DNA of 64,000 nt from assembly GCA_964542745.1 (NCBI GenBank), contig CAZIVR010000007.1:379-64378 (forward strand), read 5' to 3'. The stretch is from an uncultured bacterium. GTDB lineage: Bacteria > Eisenbacteria > RBG-16-71-46. Within the stretch, counting starts at the first letter, position 1, and every line of letters begins with the position of its first letter. Below are positions 38,464 to 47,212 of the stretch, piece after piece. Below the pieces are notes generated by a model. It searched no databases, was not told where the DNA came from, and was given only the letters and a program-made list of their open reading frames with translations. Made by a program: the position numbers and the translations under genes.

Positions 38464-39902
38464 GTGGCGGTCCCCCCGACCGTGATCTCCGTGAAGCGCA
38501 CGGTCGGCTGGCCCACGCCCACCGGCTTCCACTGGCCGTCCTTGCCGCACGAGCCGGTGGTGCCGTCGATCGCGAGGTCGTTGGCCACCGCGTCGATCTT
38601 GAGCATCGCGTCGTTGCCGTTGCCCGCGAGCGTGGCGTTGCGGACCGGATGGGTGAGGCGCCCCTTCTCGATCGCCACCGCCTCGGTGACCTGGAACGAG
38701 AAGTTGCCGTCGGCCGGGTTCACCGAGCCGCCGCCCAGGGCCTTGCAGTAGAGGCCGCGCTCGACGCCCGCGATCAGGTCGCCCGGATCGTGCGGACCCG
38801 GCTCGATGTAGGTGTTGGTCATCCGGCACAGCGGGAACTCGCGGAAGCTCGAGCGGCGGCCGTTGCCGGTCGGGCGGTGGCCCGTGAGGCGGGCGTTGAG
38901 GAGGTCCCACATGTAGCCGGTGAGGATGCCGTCCTCGACCAGCACCGTGCGCTGCGCCGGCGTGCCCTCGTCGTCCACGCGGAACGAGCCGCGGCTGTGC
39001 GGGACGAGCCCCGAGTCCACGATCGTCACGCCCTTCGCGGCCACCGCCTCGCCGAGCTGCGTGGCGCGGATCGAGGTCTTCCGGCGGATGGTGTCGCCCT
39101 CCATGCTGTGGCCGAAGCACTCGTGCACCATGACGCCGCCCCAGCCCGGCGCGACCACCACCGGGTAGGAGCCGGCCTCGGGCTCGCGGGCCGAGAGCAG
39201 CGTGACCGCGCTCGCCGCCGCCTGGTCGGCGACCTGCTCGGGCGTGCGCACGCGGTCGAAGTAGTCGGCCTCGACCGAGCCGCCCGCGGCGGCGAAGCCC
39301 GACTGGCGTTCGGCGCCCTCGATCGCGAGCGCGGTCACGGTGAGCCGAGTCAGGTAGGTGCGGTCCTCGGCCCACAGCCCGTCGCTGTTCGCGACCACGA
39401 AGCTCTTGGAGGCGTCGGCGAGGCCGACCCACACCTCGTGGACGCGCGGGTCGTGGGAGCGCGCCCGGTCGTTCGCGCGCCGCACCACCGCGATCTTGTC
39501 CTCGGGGAGCCGCGAGGAGGGGAAGGGGGAGCGCAGCGTGAAGGGCGGCGGCGCGTCCACCACCCGGAAGGGGGCCGGGGGGCCGTCGTGGCCACCCGAG
39601 GTCGCGATGCGGGCGGCGACCCGGGCCGCCTCCCGCAGGTCGGCCGGGTCGAAGCCGTCGGCGAAGGCATAGCCGGTCTGTCCGGCCGCGATCGCGCGGA
39701 TCCCGACCCCCTGCGCGACCTGGTAGGACGAGGTGCGCAGCCGGTTCTCTTCGAAGTGGAAGCCGGTGTGGACGGTGTGCTCGCCGAACACCTCGGCGAA
39801 TTCGGCGCCCTTCGAGCGGGCGATGCGGATCAGCTCCTCCACCAGCTCGCGGGGGAGCTGGCCGGCCAGCGGGCCGCCGGAGGTCTCGGTATTGGGGGTC
39901 AT
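38460..39902 (-). CDS. tldD: TldD metalloprotease (peptidase U62)
   Basis: The conserved motif HECFGHSMEGD (HExxxH-like) at about 260 aa and the C-terminal GGGSVNPADGNFSFQVTEA motif. 480 aa. Confidence 0.85.
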   Translation of the reverse strand: MTPNTETSGGPLAGQLPRELVEELIRIARSKGAEFAEVFGEHTVHTGFHFEENRLRTSSYQVAQGVGIRAIAAGQTGYAFADGFDPADLREAARVAARIATSGGHDGPPAPFRVVDAPPPFTLRSPFPSSRLPEDKIAVVRRANDRARSHDPRVHEVWVGLADASKSFVVANSDGLWAEDRTYLTRLTVTALAIEGAERQSGFAAAGGSVEADYFDRVRTPEQVADQAAASAVTLLSAREPEAGSYPVVVAPGWGGVMVHECFGHSMEGDTIRRKTSIRATQLGEAVAAKGVTIVDSGLVPHSRGSFRVDDEGTPAQRTVLVEDGILTGYMWDLLNARLTGHRPTGNGRRSSFREFPLCRMTNTYIEPGPHDPGDLIAGVERGLYCKALGGGSVNPADGNFSFQVTEAVAIEKGRLTHPVRNATLAGNGNDAMLKIDAVANDLAIDGTTGSCGKDGQWKPVGVGQPTVRFTEITVGGTAT

Positions 39903-39992
39903 GGGCGCTCCCGATGGGCCAGCCGTGGCGAGGGAGCGCGCAGTCTATTCGCAGCGGTCCCAGCGCGCAACGTGGCCTGCCGATGTCGCTGT

Positions 39993-40037
39993 TGACCAAA
40001 AGGTCATCAGTCGAATACATTGTTGACCCAATGGTCA
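39993..40037. promoter_or_regulatory. Tandem palindromic operators TGACCAAAAGGTCA (39993-40006) and TGACCCAATGGTCA (40024-40037). The second overlaps the tetR start codon.
   Basis: Two TGACC-N4-GGTCA inverted repeats 31 bp apart, immediately 5' of a TetR-family gene. Confidence 0.6.
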
Positions 40038-40723
40038 CAAAAGAACATGCGGGAGCGAACCCGAGCGAAAGGCCGCAGGCGAATCACTCGCCGGTTCCTC
40101 GCTGGCGTCGCCGCAAGAGCGCCCGCCCGGCAGAGCTCGTGGACGCCGCCCTCGCGGTCTTCGTCGAGCGCGGCTACGCCGCCACGCGCCTCGCCGACGT
40201 GGCCCGGCACGCCGGGGTCACGAAGGGCACGCTCTACCTCTACTTCGACAACAAGGAAGCGCTCTTCAAGGCGATGGTGCGCGACCGGATCGTGGCCCAC
40301 CTCGCCGCGACCGAGCAGCTGGTCGAGGAGTTCGAGGGCGACGCGCGCGACATGTTCGTGCTGCTCATGGAACGCTGGTGGGCGCGGGTCGTCGAGGGGC
40401 CGATGTCCGGGCTCGCGAAGCTGGTGGTGGCCGAGGTCGGCACCTTTCCCGATCTCGCGCGCTTCTACCACGACGAGGTGGTGAGCCGGAGCCTCAAGCC
40501 CTTCGAGCACGCGCTCCGCCTCGGCATGGCCCGCGGCGAGTTCCGCCGCGTGGACCCGGCGATGGCGGTGCGGCTCACGGTCGCTCCCATGATGATGGCC
40601 GCGCTCTGGCAGCAGACGTTCGCGCGCTGCGTCGAGGGCGCCTACGTGGAGCCGAGGAAGTACTTCGAGACCCACGTGGACCTGCTGCTGGCCGGGCTGA
40701 CGGCGCCTCCCGCGCGCTCCTGA
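40031..40723 (+). CDS. TetR/AcrR-family transcriptional regulator
   Basis: N-terminal helix-turn-helix (AATRLADVARHAGVTKGTLYLYFDNKEALF). The start was chosen at the ATG inside the operator. The track ORF starts at 39914. Confidence 0.75.
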   Translation: MVTKEHAGANPSERPQANHSPVPRWRRRKSARPAELVDAALAVFVERGYAATRLADVARHAGVTKGTLYLYFDNKEALFKAMVRDRIVAHLAATEQLVEEFEGDARDMFVLLMERWWARVVEGPMSGLAKLVVAEVGTFPDLARFYHDEVVSRSLKPFEHALRLGMARGEFRRVDPAMAVRLTVAPMMMAALWQQTFARCVEGAYVEPRKYFETHVDLLLAGLTAPPARS

Positions 40724-40732
40724 CGTCCCGGC

Positions 40733-41146
40733 TTGAGCGGCCCCCGGGGCTCGACTAGCATCGGGCGCGCGGCCGCGTTCCATGGAGGTACCCGTTTGAA
40801 GCTCGACAGGCTGAACGCCGGCGCGCTCGCGGTCGGCGCGTTGCTGCTGCTGGCGGGCGGCCCCTGGCTGGTTCGCCAGCTCGGTTCCCTGCCGCATCCG
40901 ACGGCCCTCGCGGCCCGCGGCGGCGAGCGGATCGTCACCCTCGAGGTGGGCGGGATGACCTGCGGTGCGTGCGAGAGCGCGGTCAAGGGCCAGCTCGCGA
41001 CCGTGGCGGGGGTGAGCGCGGTGGAGGTGCGGGCCCGCGAGCGGCGCGCCTTCGTGGTCTGCGCGCCCGGCGTCGCGGACACCGCCCTCACGGCCGCGGT
41101 GCGGCGGGCGGGAGGCGGGTTCGTGGCGGAGGTGGCGGCCCCCTGA
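40733..41146 (+). CDS. Heavy-metal-associated (HMA) domain protein with an N-terminal TM/signal anchor (MerP/CopZ-like)
   Basis: GMTCGACE metal-binding motif in a ferredoxin-like fold (VTLEVGGMTCGACESAVKGQLATVAGVSAVEV). Hydrophobic N-terminal segment. The start may be the TTG at about 40797. Confidence 0.6.
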   Translation: MSGPRGSTSIGRAAAFHGGTRLKLDRLNAGALAVGALLLLAGGPWLVRQLGSLPHPTALAARGGERIVTLEVGGMTCGACESAVKGQLATVAGVSAVEVRARERRAFVVCAPGVADTALTAAVRRAGGGFVAEVAAP

Positions 41147-41321
41147 CCCGGCCTGCCCGGACGTGCAGCCGGCGTTCGGCACGGTCCGGCGGCTGGCTCG
41201 AAAACTCCTCCCTAGGTCGCTCCCGGTCCGGATGCTAGACTCGCTCCTCCGAAACGTGCCATTCACACCCCCATCCGGCGGCTATCCCCCAGCCATCGCC
41301 CACGCCGGGAGACCGTTCATC

Positions 41322-44135
41322 ATGCGTCGCATCTCGCTCGTGCTCGCGGTGGCGTTGCTCGCGTGCGGCCTCCTCGCCGCGCCGCGCTTCCTGATTTCCC
41401 GCGGCACCGGCGCCTCCGACTTCGTGCATTTCGAGTCGCCCCACGTTCACCCCGCCGACCTGACCCCGGCGCGGAACCGGCTGCTCGTGGTGAACACCCC
41501 CGACAACCGGCTCACGGTCTTCAACGTGACCGACAGCCTTCCCACGCGGGAGGCCGAAATCTTCGTCGGCCTCGAGCCGGTCTCGGTGCGCGCGCGCAAC
41601 GACAGCGTCGCGTGGGTCGTGAACCACCTCTCCGACGACGTGAGCATCGTCAACCTCAACACGATGCACGTGAAGGCGACCCTGCGCGTCGGCGACGAGC
41701 CCGGCGACGTGGTGTTCGCGGGCAGCCCGACGCGCGCCTACGTGAGCGTGGGCGGCGAGGACGCGATCAAGATCTACGACCCCGACAACCTGGCCACGCC
41801 GCCCACCGTGATCGCGCTCTCCGGGAGCGAGCCGCGCGCGCTGGCCCGGACCGCCGACGGGAGCAAGGTCTACGTGACGCTCTTCCAGTCGGGCAACCAC
41901 TCCACGCTGCTGAGCCCGCAGAAGCTGCCGCCCGACTCGGTCCCGGAGGACTTCGACCTCCCGATGGACCCGGGGCTGCCGGCCGCGCCGCACGTCGGGC
42001 TCGTGGTCCAGTCGCAGACCGGCGGGAACTGGTACGACATGTACGGCAACCTCTGGAACCACCACATCAAGTACGCGGTGCTGGAGCGCGACGTGATCGA
42101 GATCAACACCTCGACACAGGCGGTGGCGCGCACCTTCGGCAACTGGGGGAGCAACATCTTCGGCGTGGACGTGAGCCCCACCGACTCGCGCATCTCGTAC
42201 GTCGGCACCGAGGCGCGCAACCTGCTGCGGTTCGAGCCGCGCATCCTCGGCTACACGGTCGAGACCAATGCGGTGTTCGTGAATCAGGCCACCGGCGTCT
42301 CGACGCTGAGAAAGCTCAACCCGCACATCGATTTCGACACATCGCCCGGCACCCAGGCCGAGCACGACTCGGCGCTCGGCATCCCGACGGCGGTGGCGTT
42401 CTCGAGCGCCGGGAACCGCGCCTACGTCGCGGCGTTCGCCAACAACCGGATCGGCGTCCTGAATCCCGCCGGGGGCGCGGCGAGCACGATCCTCGGCCGC
42501 GTCCCGTGCGCCCCCGGGCCCTCGGGCATCGTGGTGGACGATCCCAACAACCGCCTGTTCGTGGTGGGGCGCTTCCACAACGAGCTCCAGGTGCTGTCGT
42601 CGTCGGACTTCCGCTCGATCTCGCGCCAGTGGATCGGCTTCGACCCGACGCCGGACCCGATCGTCAACGGGCGGAAATTCATGTACGGCGGGTTCACCTC
42701 GTCGCACGGCGACCAGGCGTGCGCCAGCTGCCACGTCTTCTCGGACACCGACGGCCTGGCGTGGGACCTCGGCGACCCGAACGGCGCCTTCGAGCCTCCG
42801 GGCGGGAGCCCGCCGGGCCTGCAGGGCTTCCACCCGATGAAGGGCCCGCTCGTGACCCAGACGCTGCGCGGCATGTCGGGAGTGGGCCCGCTCCACTGGC
42901 GTGGCGACCGCGTGAATCTCGCGGCGTTCAACAACGCGTTCCTCACCCTGCTCGGCCGCTCCGCGCCGCTCGCCGACAGCCAGATGACCGCGCTCGCCGA
43001 CTTCGCGATGCCGCTCGTCTTCCCGCCCAACCCGCGCCAGAACCTCGACCGCAGCATGCCCGACGCCCCCCCGGGCCAGGGGAGCGCGCTGCGCGGGCAG
43101 AACTTCTTCATGAACACGGTCGTGGACAGCGGGATGACCTGCTCGGACTGCCACTCGGCCGCGTCGTTCGGCCCGGGCACCAACGGCATGATGGTGCGCG
43201 CGGCGCACATCGGCCAGTCGCAGGACCTCAAGGTTCCGCAGCTGCGCAACCTCTACAAGAAGACCAATTTCCTCGACGTGCCCGGGGCGCAGAACAAGCG
43301 CGGGTTCGGTTACACGCACGACGGATCGGTGGACCTGACCTCGAAGTTCAACCACGGGCCGGGCTTCTCGTTCGGCCCCGACTCCGCGACGGCCGCCGAC
43401 AACCGGCGCGACCTCGAGGCGTACCTCTACGCGTTCGACACGGGGCTCGCACCCGCCGTCGGCTACCAGCTCACCTTCCACGGAACCAACAACTCCGACC
43501 CGACCGCGCTGTCGCGCCTCGACACCCTGACCGCGCAGGTCACGGCCGGAAACTGCGATCTCGTGGCGCACGGCCGCGTGGGAGGGCAGCCGCGCGGCTG
43601 GCAGTACGTGGGCAGCGGCGAGTGGAAGCCCGACAAGGCGGCCGAGACCAACGTGACGACGGCCGCGCTCGTGGCGCTGGCCGGGCTCGGCAGCGAGCTC
43701 ACGGTGACCGGCGTCCCGGGGGGCAGCGGGCTCCGGATGGGGCTCGATCGCGACCGCGACACCTACTTCGACGGCGACGAGCGCGACGCGGGAAGCGACC
43801 CGGGCAACCCGGCCTCGACGCCGCTCAACGTGAGCGTGACCCCGCGGGGCGCGGGCGCCACGCGACTCGGCACGATCGGGCCCAACCCGTTCCGCGGCTC
43901 CACCGAGGTGGGCTTCGCGCTGGCCCGCGCCGGGCGCGTGGACCTCGAGGTCTTCGACGTGCTCGGCCGCCAGGTCCGCACCCTCGCGCGCGGACGCTGG
44001 TACGAGGCCGGCACGCAGAGCCTGCGCTGGGACGGCCGCGCCGACGACGGGCGGGACGCGAGGGCGGGCGTCTACTTCGTGAGGCTTCGGACCGAAGCGG
44101 GACAGTGGTCCAGGCCGGTGGTCCGCGTGCGGTAG
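41322..44135 (+). CDS. Secreted YVTN-type beta-propeller fused to a di-haem cytochrome-c-peroxidase (CCP/MauG-like) domain, ending in the shared C-terminal sorting-type domain (paralogue A)
   Basis: GGGAGA ribosome-binding site. Signal peptide (MRRISLVLAVALLACGLLAAP). YVTN-like repeats (LLVVNTPDNRLTVFNV...). Two CXXCH motifs (CASCH, CSDCH) about 140 aa apart, with CCP hallmark motifs (PQLRNL...GFGYTHDGS). C-terminal tail (GPNPFRGST...VFDVLGRQVRTL...WDGRADDGRDARAGVYFVRL...RVR). Confidence 0.75.
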   Translation: MRRISLVLAVALLACGLLAAPRFLISRGTGASDFVHFESPHVHPADLTPARNRLLVVNTPDNRLTVFNVTDSLPTREAEIFVGLEPVSVRARNDSVAWVVNHLSDDVSIVNLNTMHVKATLRVGDEPGDVVFAGSPTRAYVSVGGEDAIKIYDPDNLATPPTVIALSGSEPRALARTADGSKVYVTLFQSGNHSTLLSPQKLPPDSVPEDFDLPMDPGLPAAPHVGLVVQSQTGGNWYDMYGNLWNHHIKYAVLERDVIEINTSTQAVARTFGNWGSNIFGVDVSPTDSRISYVGTEARNLLRFEPRILGYTVETNAVFVNQATGVSTLRKLNPHIDFDTSPGTQAEHDSALGIPTAVAFSSAGNRAYVAAFANNRIGVLNPAGGAASTILGRVPCAPGPSGIVVDDPNNRLFVVGRFHNELQVLSSSDFRSISRQWIGFDPTPDPIVNGRKFMYGGFTSSHGDQACASCHVFSDTDGLAWDLGDPNGAFEPPGGSPPGLQGFHPMKGPLVTQTLRGMSGVGPLHWRGDRVNLAAFNNAFLTLLGRSAPLADSQMTALADFAMPLVFPPNPRQNLDRSMPDAPPGQGSALRGQNFFMNTVVDSGMTCSDCHSAASFGPGTNGMMVRAAHIGQSQDLKVPQLRNLYKKTNFLDVPGAQNKRGFGYTHDGSVDLTSKFNHGPGFSFGPDSATAADNRRDLEAYLYAFDTGLAPAVGYQLTFHGTNNSDPTALSRLDTLTAQVTAGNCDLVAHGRVGGQPRGWQYVGSGEWKPDKAAETNVTTAALVALAGLGSELTVTGVPGGSGLRMGLDRDRDTYFDGDERDAGSDPGNPASTPLNVSVTPRGAGATRLGTIGPNPFRGSTEVGFALARAGRVDLEVFDVLGRQVRTLARGRWYEAGTQSLRWDGRADDGRDARAGVYFVRLRTEAGQWSRPVVRVR

Positions 44136-44356
44136 CCGTTCCCACCAGGCCCCGCGCCGCGGCCAGGAAGAAACCGCGGCTCGAGCCCCGCACGCTCCGT
44201 CGCCCGGACGCGCCCCCCAGCGCCCGGGCGGCATCTTTTGGGCCGCGGGCCGCCCGGCACCCCGCGCGGGGCCCGGCACGCGGGGGCCGTCCCGCGCCCC
44301 GCCGCGCGAGAAAGCCCTCGCCCCGAACGCCGCGATCGGCGAGAATCTTCCGCGCC

Positions 44357-47167
44357 ATGCGCCGACTCCCCCCGCTCCTGCTCCTCGTGGCACTCCTGGC
44401 CGGAATCCTCGCCGCGCCGCGTCACCTGATCTCGCGCCCGCGCGGCGCGCTCGACGCCTCGGCCGACTTCACGCACTTCGAAAGCGGCCACGTCCGCCCC
44501 GCGACGCTCACGCCGTCCGGCGACCGGCTGCTCGTCGTGAACACGCCCGACAACCGGCTCAGCGTCTTCGACCTCACGGGCGGCGCGCCGGCGCGCATCG
44601 CGGACATCCCGGTCGGGATGGAGCCGGTCTCGGTGGCCGCCCGCGACGACAGCACGGCGTGGGTCGTGAACCATCTCTCGGACGACGTGAGCATCGTCAA
44701 CCTCAACACGCTCCACGTGCGGGCGGTGCTGCGCGTCGGGGACGAACCCGCCGACGTGGTGTTCGCGGGGTCCCACGCCTACGTGAGCGTGTCGCAGGAA
44801 GACGCGGTCAAGGTCTACGACGCGGCGACCCTCGCGCCCGTCGGATCGCCGATCGCGATCCAGGGGCGCATGCCCCGCGCGCTCGCGGTGAGCGCCGACG
44901 GCTCGCGCGTGTTCGCGGCCGTGTTCCACGCCGGCAACCGCACCTCGGTGCTGTCCTTCACCGAGGCCAACGATTCGCTGCCCGCGCCGAATCCCCCGCT
45001 CGGGCCCGGGGTGCCGCCGCCGCCCGACGTGGCGCTCATCGTGCAGCAGCAGGGGAACGACTGGCGCGACGAGGCGGGCAAGCTCTGGAACTCGAAGATC
45101 AAGTACACGCTCGCCGAGGTGGACGTCGCCGAGATCGCCACCGCCACGCGCACCGTGGTGGCGAGCCACCGCGACATGGGCACGGTCAACTTCGGGCTCG
45201 CGGCCGCGCCCGACGGGCGCCTCGCCCTCACCGCGACCGAGGCGCGCAACCTGGTGCGCTTCGAGCCCAACCAGCGCGGGCACACGGTGGACACCCGGCT
45301 CTCGATCGTGAGCGCCGGCGCCGTGACCAACAACGACCTCAATCCGCACGTGAACTACACGGTCACGCCGGGCCCCTCGGGCGAGGCCGACTCCTCGCTC
45401 GGAACACCGACCGGCGTGGCGTGGTCCTCGAACTCGCAGCGCGTCTACGTGACGTCGCTCGCGAGCGGGCGGCTCGGCGTGCTGTCGGCGCCCGCCGGGG
45501 GCGGCGCCACGATCCTCGCGCGGGTGCCCACGGCCGCGGGCCCGACCGGCGTGGTGGTGGACGACGCGCGCGGCCGGATCTACGTGGTGGGCCGTTTCCG
45601 CAACGAGCTGCAGACGCTGCGCAGCTCGAACTTCTCGGAGGTGGCGCGCGCGTGGATCGGGTTCGACCCCACGCCCGACGAGATCGTGAACGGCCGCAAG
45701 TTCTTCTACGGCGGCTTCACCTCGGGCCACGGCGAGCAGTCGTGCGCCTCGTGCCACGTGTTCGGCGACTTCGACAACATCGCGTGGGACCTCGGGGACC
45801 CGCAGGGCGCCTTCCAGCCCAGGCCCCCCGGGCAGATCGATCCCTTCCTCGGCGGCTTCCACCCCATGAAGGGCCCGATGACCACGCAGAGCCTGCGCGG
45901 GCTGCCGGGCACCTTCCTGCTCCACTGGCGCGGCGACCGCTCCGACCTGTTCGCGTTCAACGCCGCGTTCGTCGGGCTGATGGGCCGCTCGACGCAGCTC
46001 CCGGACAGCGAGATGACGGCGTTCGCGGACTTCGTGCTGCCGCTCGTCCACCCGCCCAACCCGAACCAGTTCCTCGACCGCGCGTTCCGCGACGCGCCGC
46101 CCGGCGTGCCGAGCGCCCGGCGCGGGCGGAGCTTCTACTTCAACAATCCCGTGGACGGCCCGCTCACCTGCAACGGCTGCCACGCCTCGCTCAACTTCGG
46201 GCCCGGCACCAACGGCCAGGTGATCAACCGCATCGCGCTGCGCGACTCGCAGGACATCAAGATCCCGCACGTCCGCAACATGTACCGGAAGACCGGCTTC
46301 ACCGACCTGCCGGGCGTGGTGAACAAGCGCGGCTTCGGCTTCACCCACGACGGGGCCATCGACAACCTCTTCAACTTCCTGAAATTCCCCGGCTTCGCGT
46401 TCGCCGCCGGGGCGACCGGCGACAACCAGCGCCGCGACGTCGAGGCGTTCCTGCTGTCGTTCGACACCGGGCTCGCCCCGGCGGTCGGCTACCAGATCGC
46501 CTTCACCGGCGGCTCGAGCAACACCGATCCCACCGCGATCGCGCGCCTCGACACGCTCAAGCGCTGCTTCGACTCGACGTGGGTGGACGTGGTGGCGCAC
46601 GGTCGCGTGAGCGGCCAGCCGCGCGGATGGAAGTACCTGGGCGGCGACCTGTGGCAGCCCGACAAGGCCGCCGCGCCGAGCGTCACCTCCGCGGCGCTGC
46701 GCGCGCTCGGCGGGCCGGGCAGCGAGGTGGTGGTGATGGGCGTGCCGCGCGGCGCCGGGACGCGCATGGGCGTGGATCGCGACCGCGACGGCTTCCGCGA
46801 CGGCGACGAGCGTGACGCGGGGAGCGATCCGGGCAATCCCGCCTCGACGCCGGCCAACGTCGGCGTGGATCCGCCGCGGGCGCTGCCCGGCGACTCGTTT
46901 GGATCGCTCGGCCCGAATCCGTTCCGCGCCTCGACCGCGGTCGCGTTCGCGCTGGCGAGGCCCGGTCCGGTGGACGCCGCGGTGTACGACGTGATGGGCC
47001 GCGAGGTTCGCGTGCTCGCCGGCGGACTCCGCCTCGAGGCGGGAACGCAGCGGCTGGTGTGGGACGGCCGCGACGCCGCCGGACGCGAGGCGGGCGCTGG
47101 GGTGTACTTCGTTCGGGTGCGGACTTCGACGGCCCACTGGGTGCGGCCGGTCGTGCGTGTGAAATGA
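44357..47167 (+). CDS. Paralogue B of the beta-propeller/di-haem peroxidase secreted protein, about 60% identical to A
   Basis: Signal peptide (MRRLPPLLLLVALLAGILAAP). Same architecture (CASCH...CNGCH, PHVRNM...GFGFTHDGA). C-terminal tail. This is the real 3' half of the 1934-aa track ORF 41363..47167. Confidence 0.75.
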   Translation: MRRLPPLLLLVALLAGILAAPRHLISRPRGALDASADFTHFESGHVRPATLTPSGDRLLVVNTPDNRLSVFDLTGGAPARIADIPVGMEPVSVAARDDSTAWVVNHLSDDVSIVNLNTLHVRAVLRVGDEPADVVFAGSHAYVSVSQEDAVKVYDAATLAPVGSPIAIQGRMPRALAVSADGSRVFAAVFHAGNRTSVLSFTEANDSLPAPNPPLGPGVPPPPDVALIVQQQGNDWRDEAGKLWNSKIKYTLAEVDVAEIATATRTVVASHRDMGTVNFGLAAAPDGRLALTATEARNLVRFEPNQRGHTVDTRLSIVSAGAVTNNDLNPHVNYTVTPGPSGEADSSLGTPTGVAWSSNSQRVYVTSLASGRLGVLSAPAGGGATILARVPTAAGPTGVVVDDARGRIYVVGRFRNELQTLRSSNFSEVARAWIGFDPTPDEIVNGRKFFYGGFTSGHGEQSCASCHVFGDFDNIAWDLGDPQGAFQPRPPGQIDPFLGGFHPMKGPMTTQSLRGLPGTFLLHWRGDRSDLFAFNAAFVGLMGRSTQLPDSEMTAFADFVLPLVHPPNPNQFLDRAFRDAPPGVPSARRGRSFYFNNPVDGPLTCNGCHASLNFGPGTNGQVINRIALRDSQDIKIPHVRNMYRKTGFTDLPGVVNKRGFGFTHDGAIDNLFNFLKFPGFAFAAGATGDNQRRDVEAFLLSFDTGLAPAVGYQIAFTGGSSNTDPTAIARLDTLKRCFDSTWVDVVAHGRVSGQPRGWKYLGGDLWQPDKAAAPSVTSAALRALGGPGSEVVVMGVPRGAGTRMGVDRDRDGFRDGDERDAGSDPGNPASTPANVGVDPPRALPGDSFGSLGPNPFRASTAVAFALARPGPVDAAVYDVMGREVRVLAGGLRLEAGTQRLVWDGRDAAGREAGAGVYFVRVRTSTAHWVRPVVRVK

Positions 47168-47212
47168 GTTCCGCGTGAAGTTCCTCCGGCCGCCCCGAAG
47201 CTCGAGCCCACC

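Noticed and set aside
37081-40038. 985-aa minus-strand ORF that looks like a TldD-PmbA fusion
   Set aside because: TldD (38460..39902) is in a different frame. The long ORF is pmbA (37081..38463) plus an out-of-frame low-complexity extension. A GTG start overlapping the tldD stop codon gives a normal ~460-aa PmbA.
41363-47167. 1934-aa plus-strand ORF suggesting a single giant protein
   Set aside because: Only the 3' half (from the ATG at 44357, with a signal peptide) is real, and it is paralogue B. The 5' half overlaps paralogue A in a different frame and translates to Arg/Gly-rich junk.
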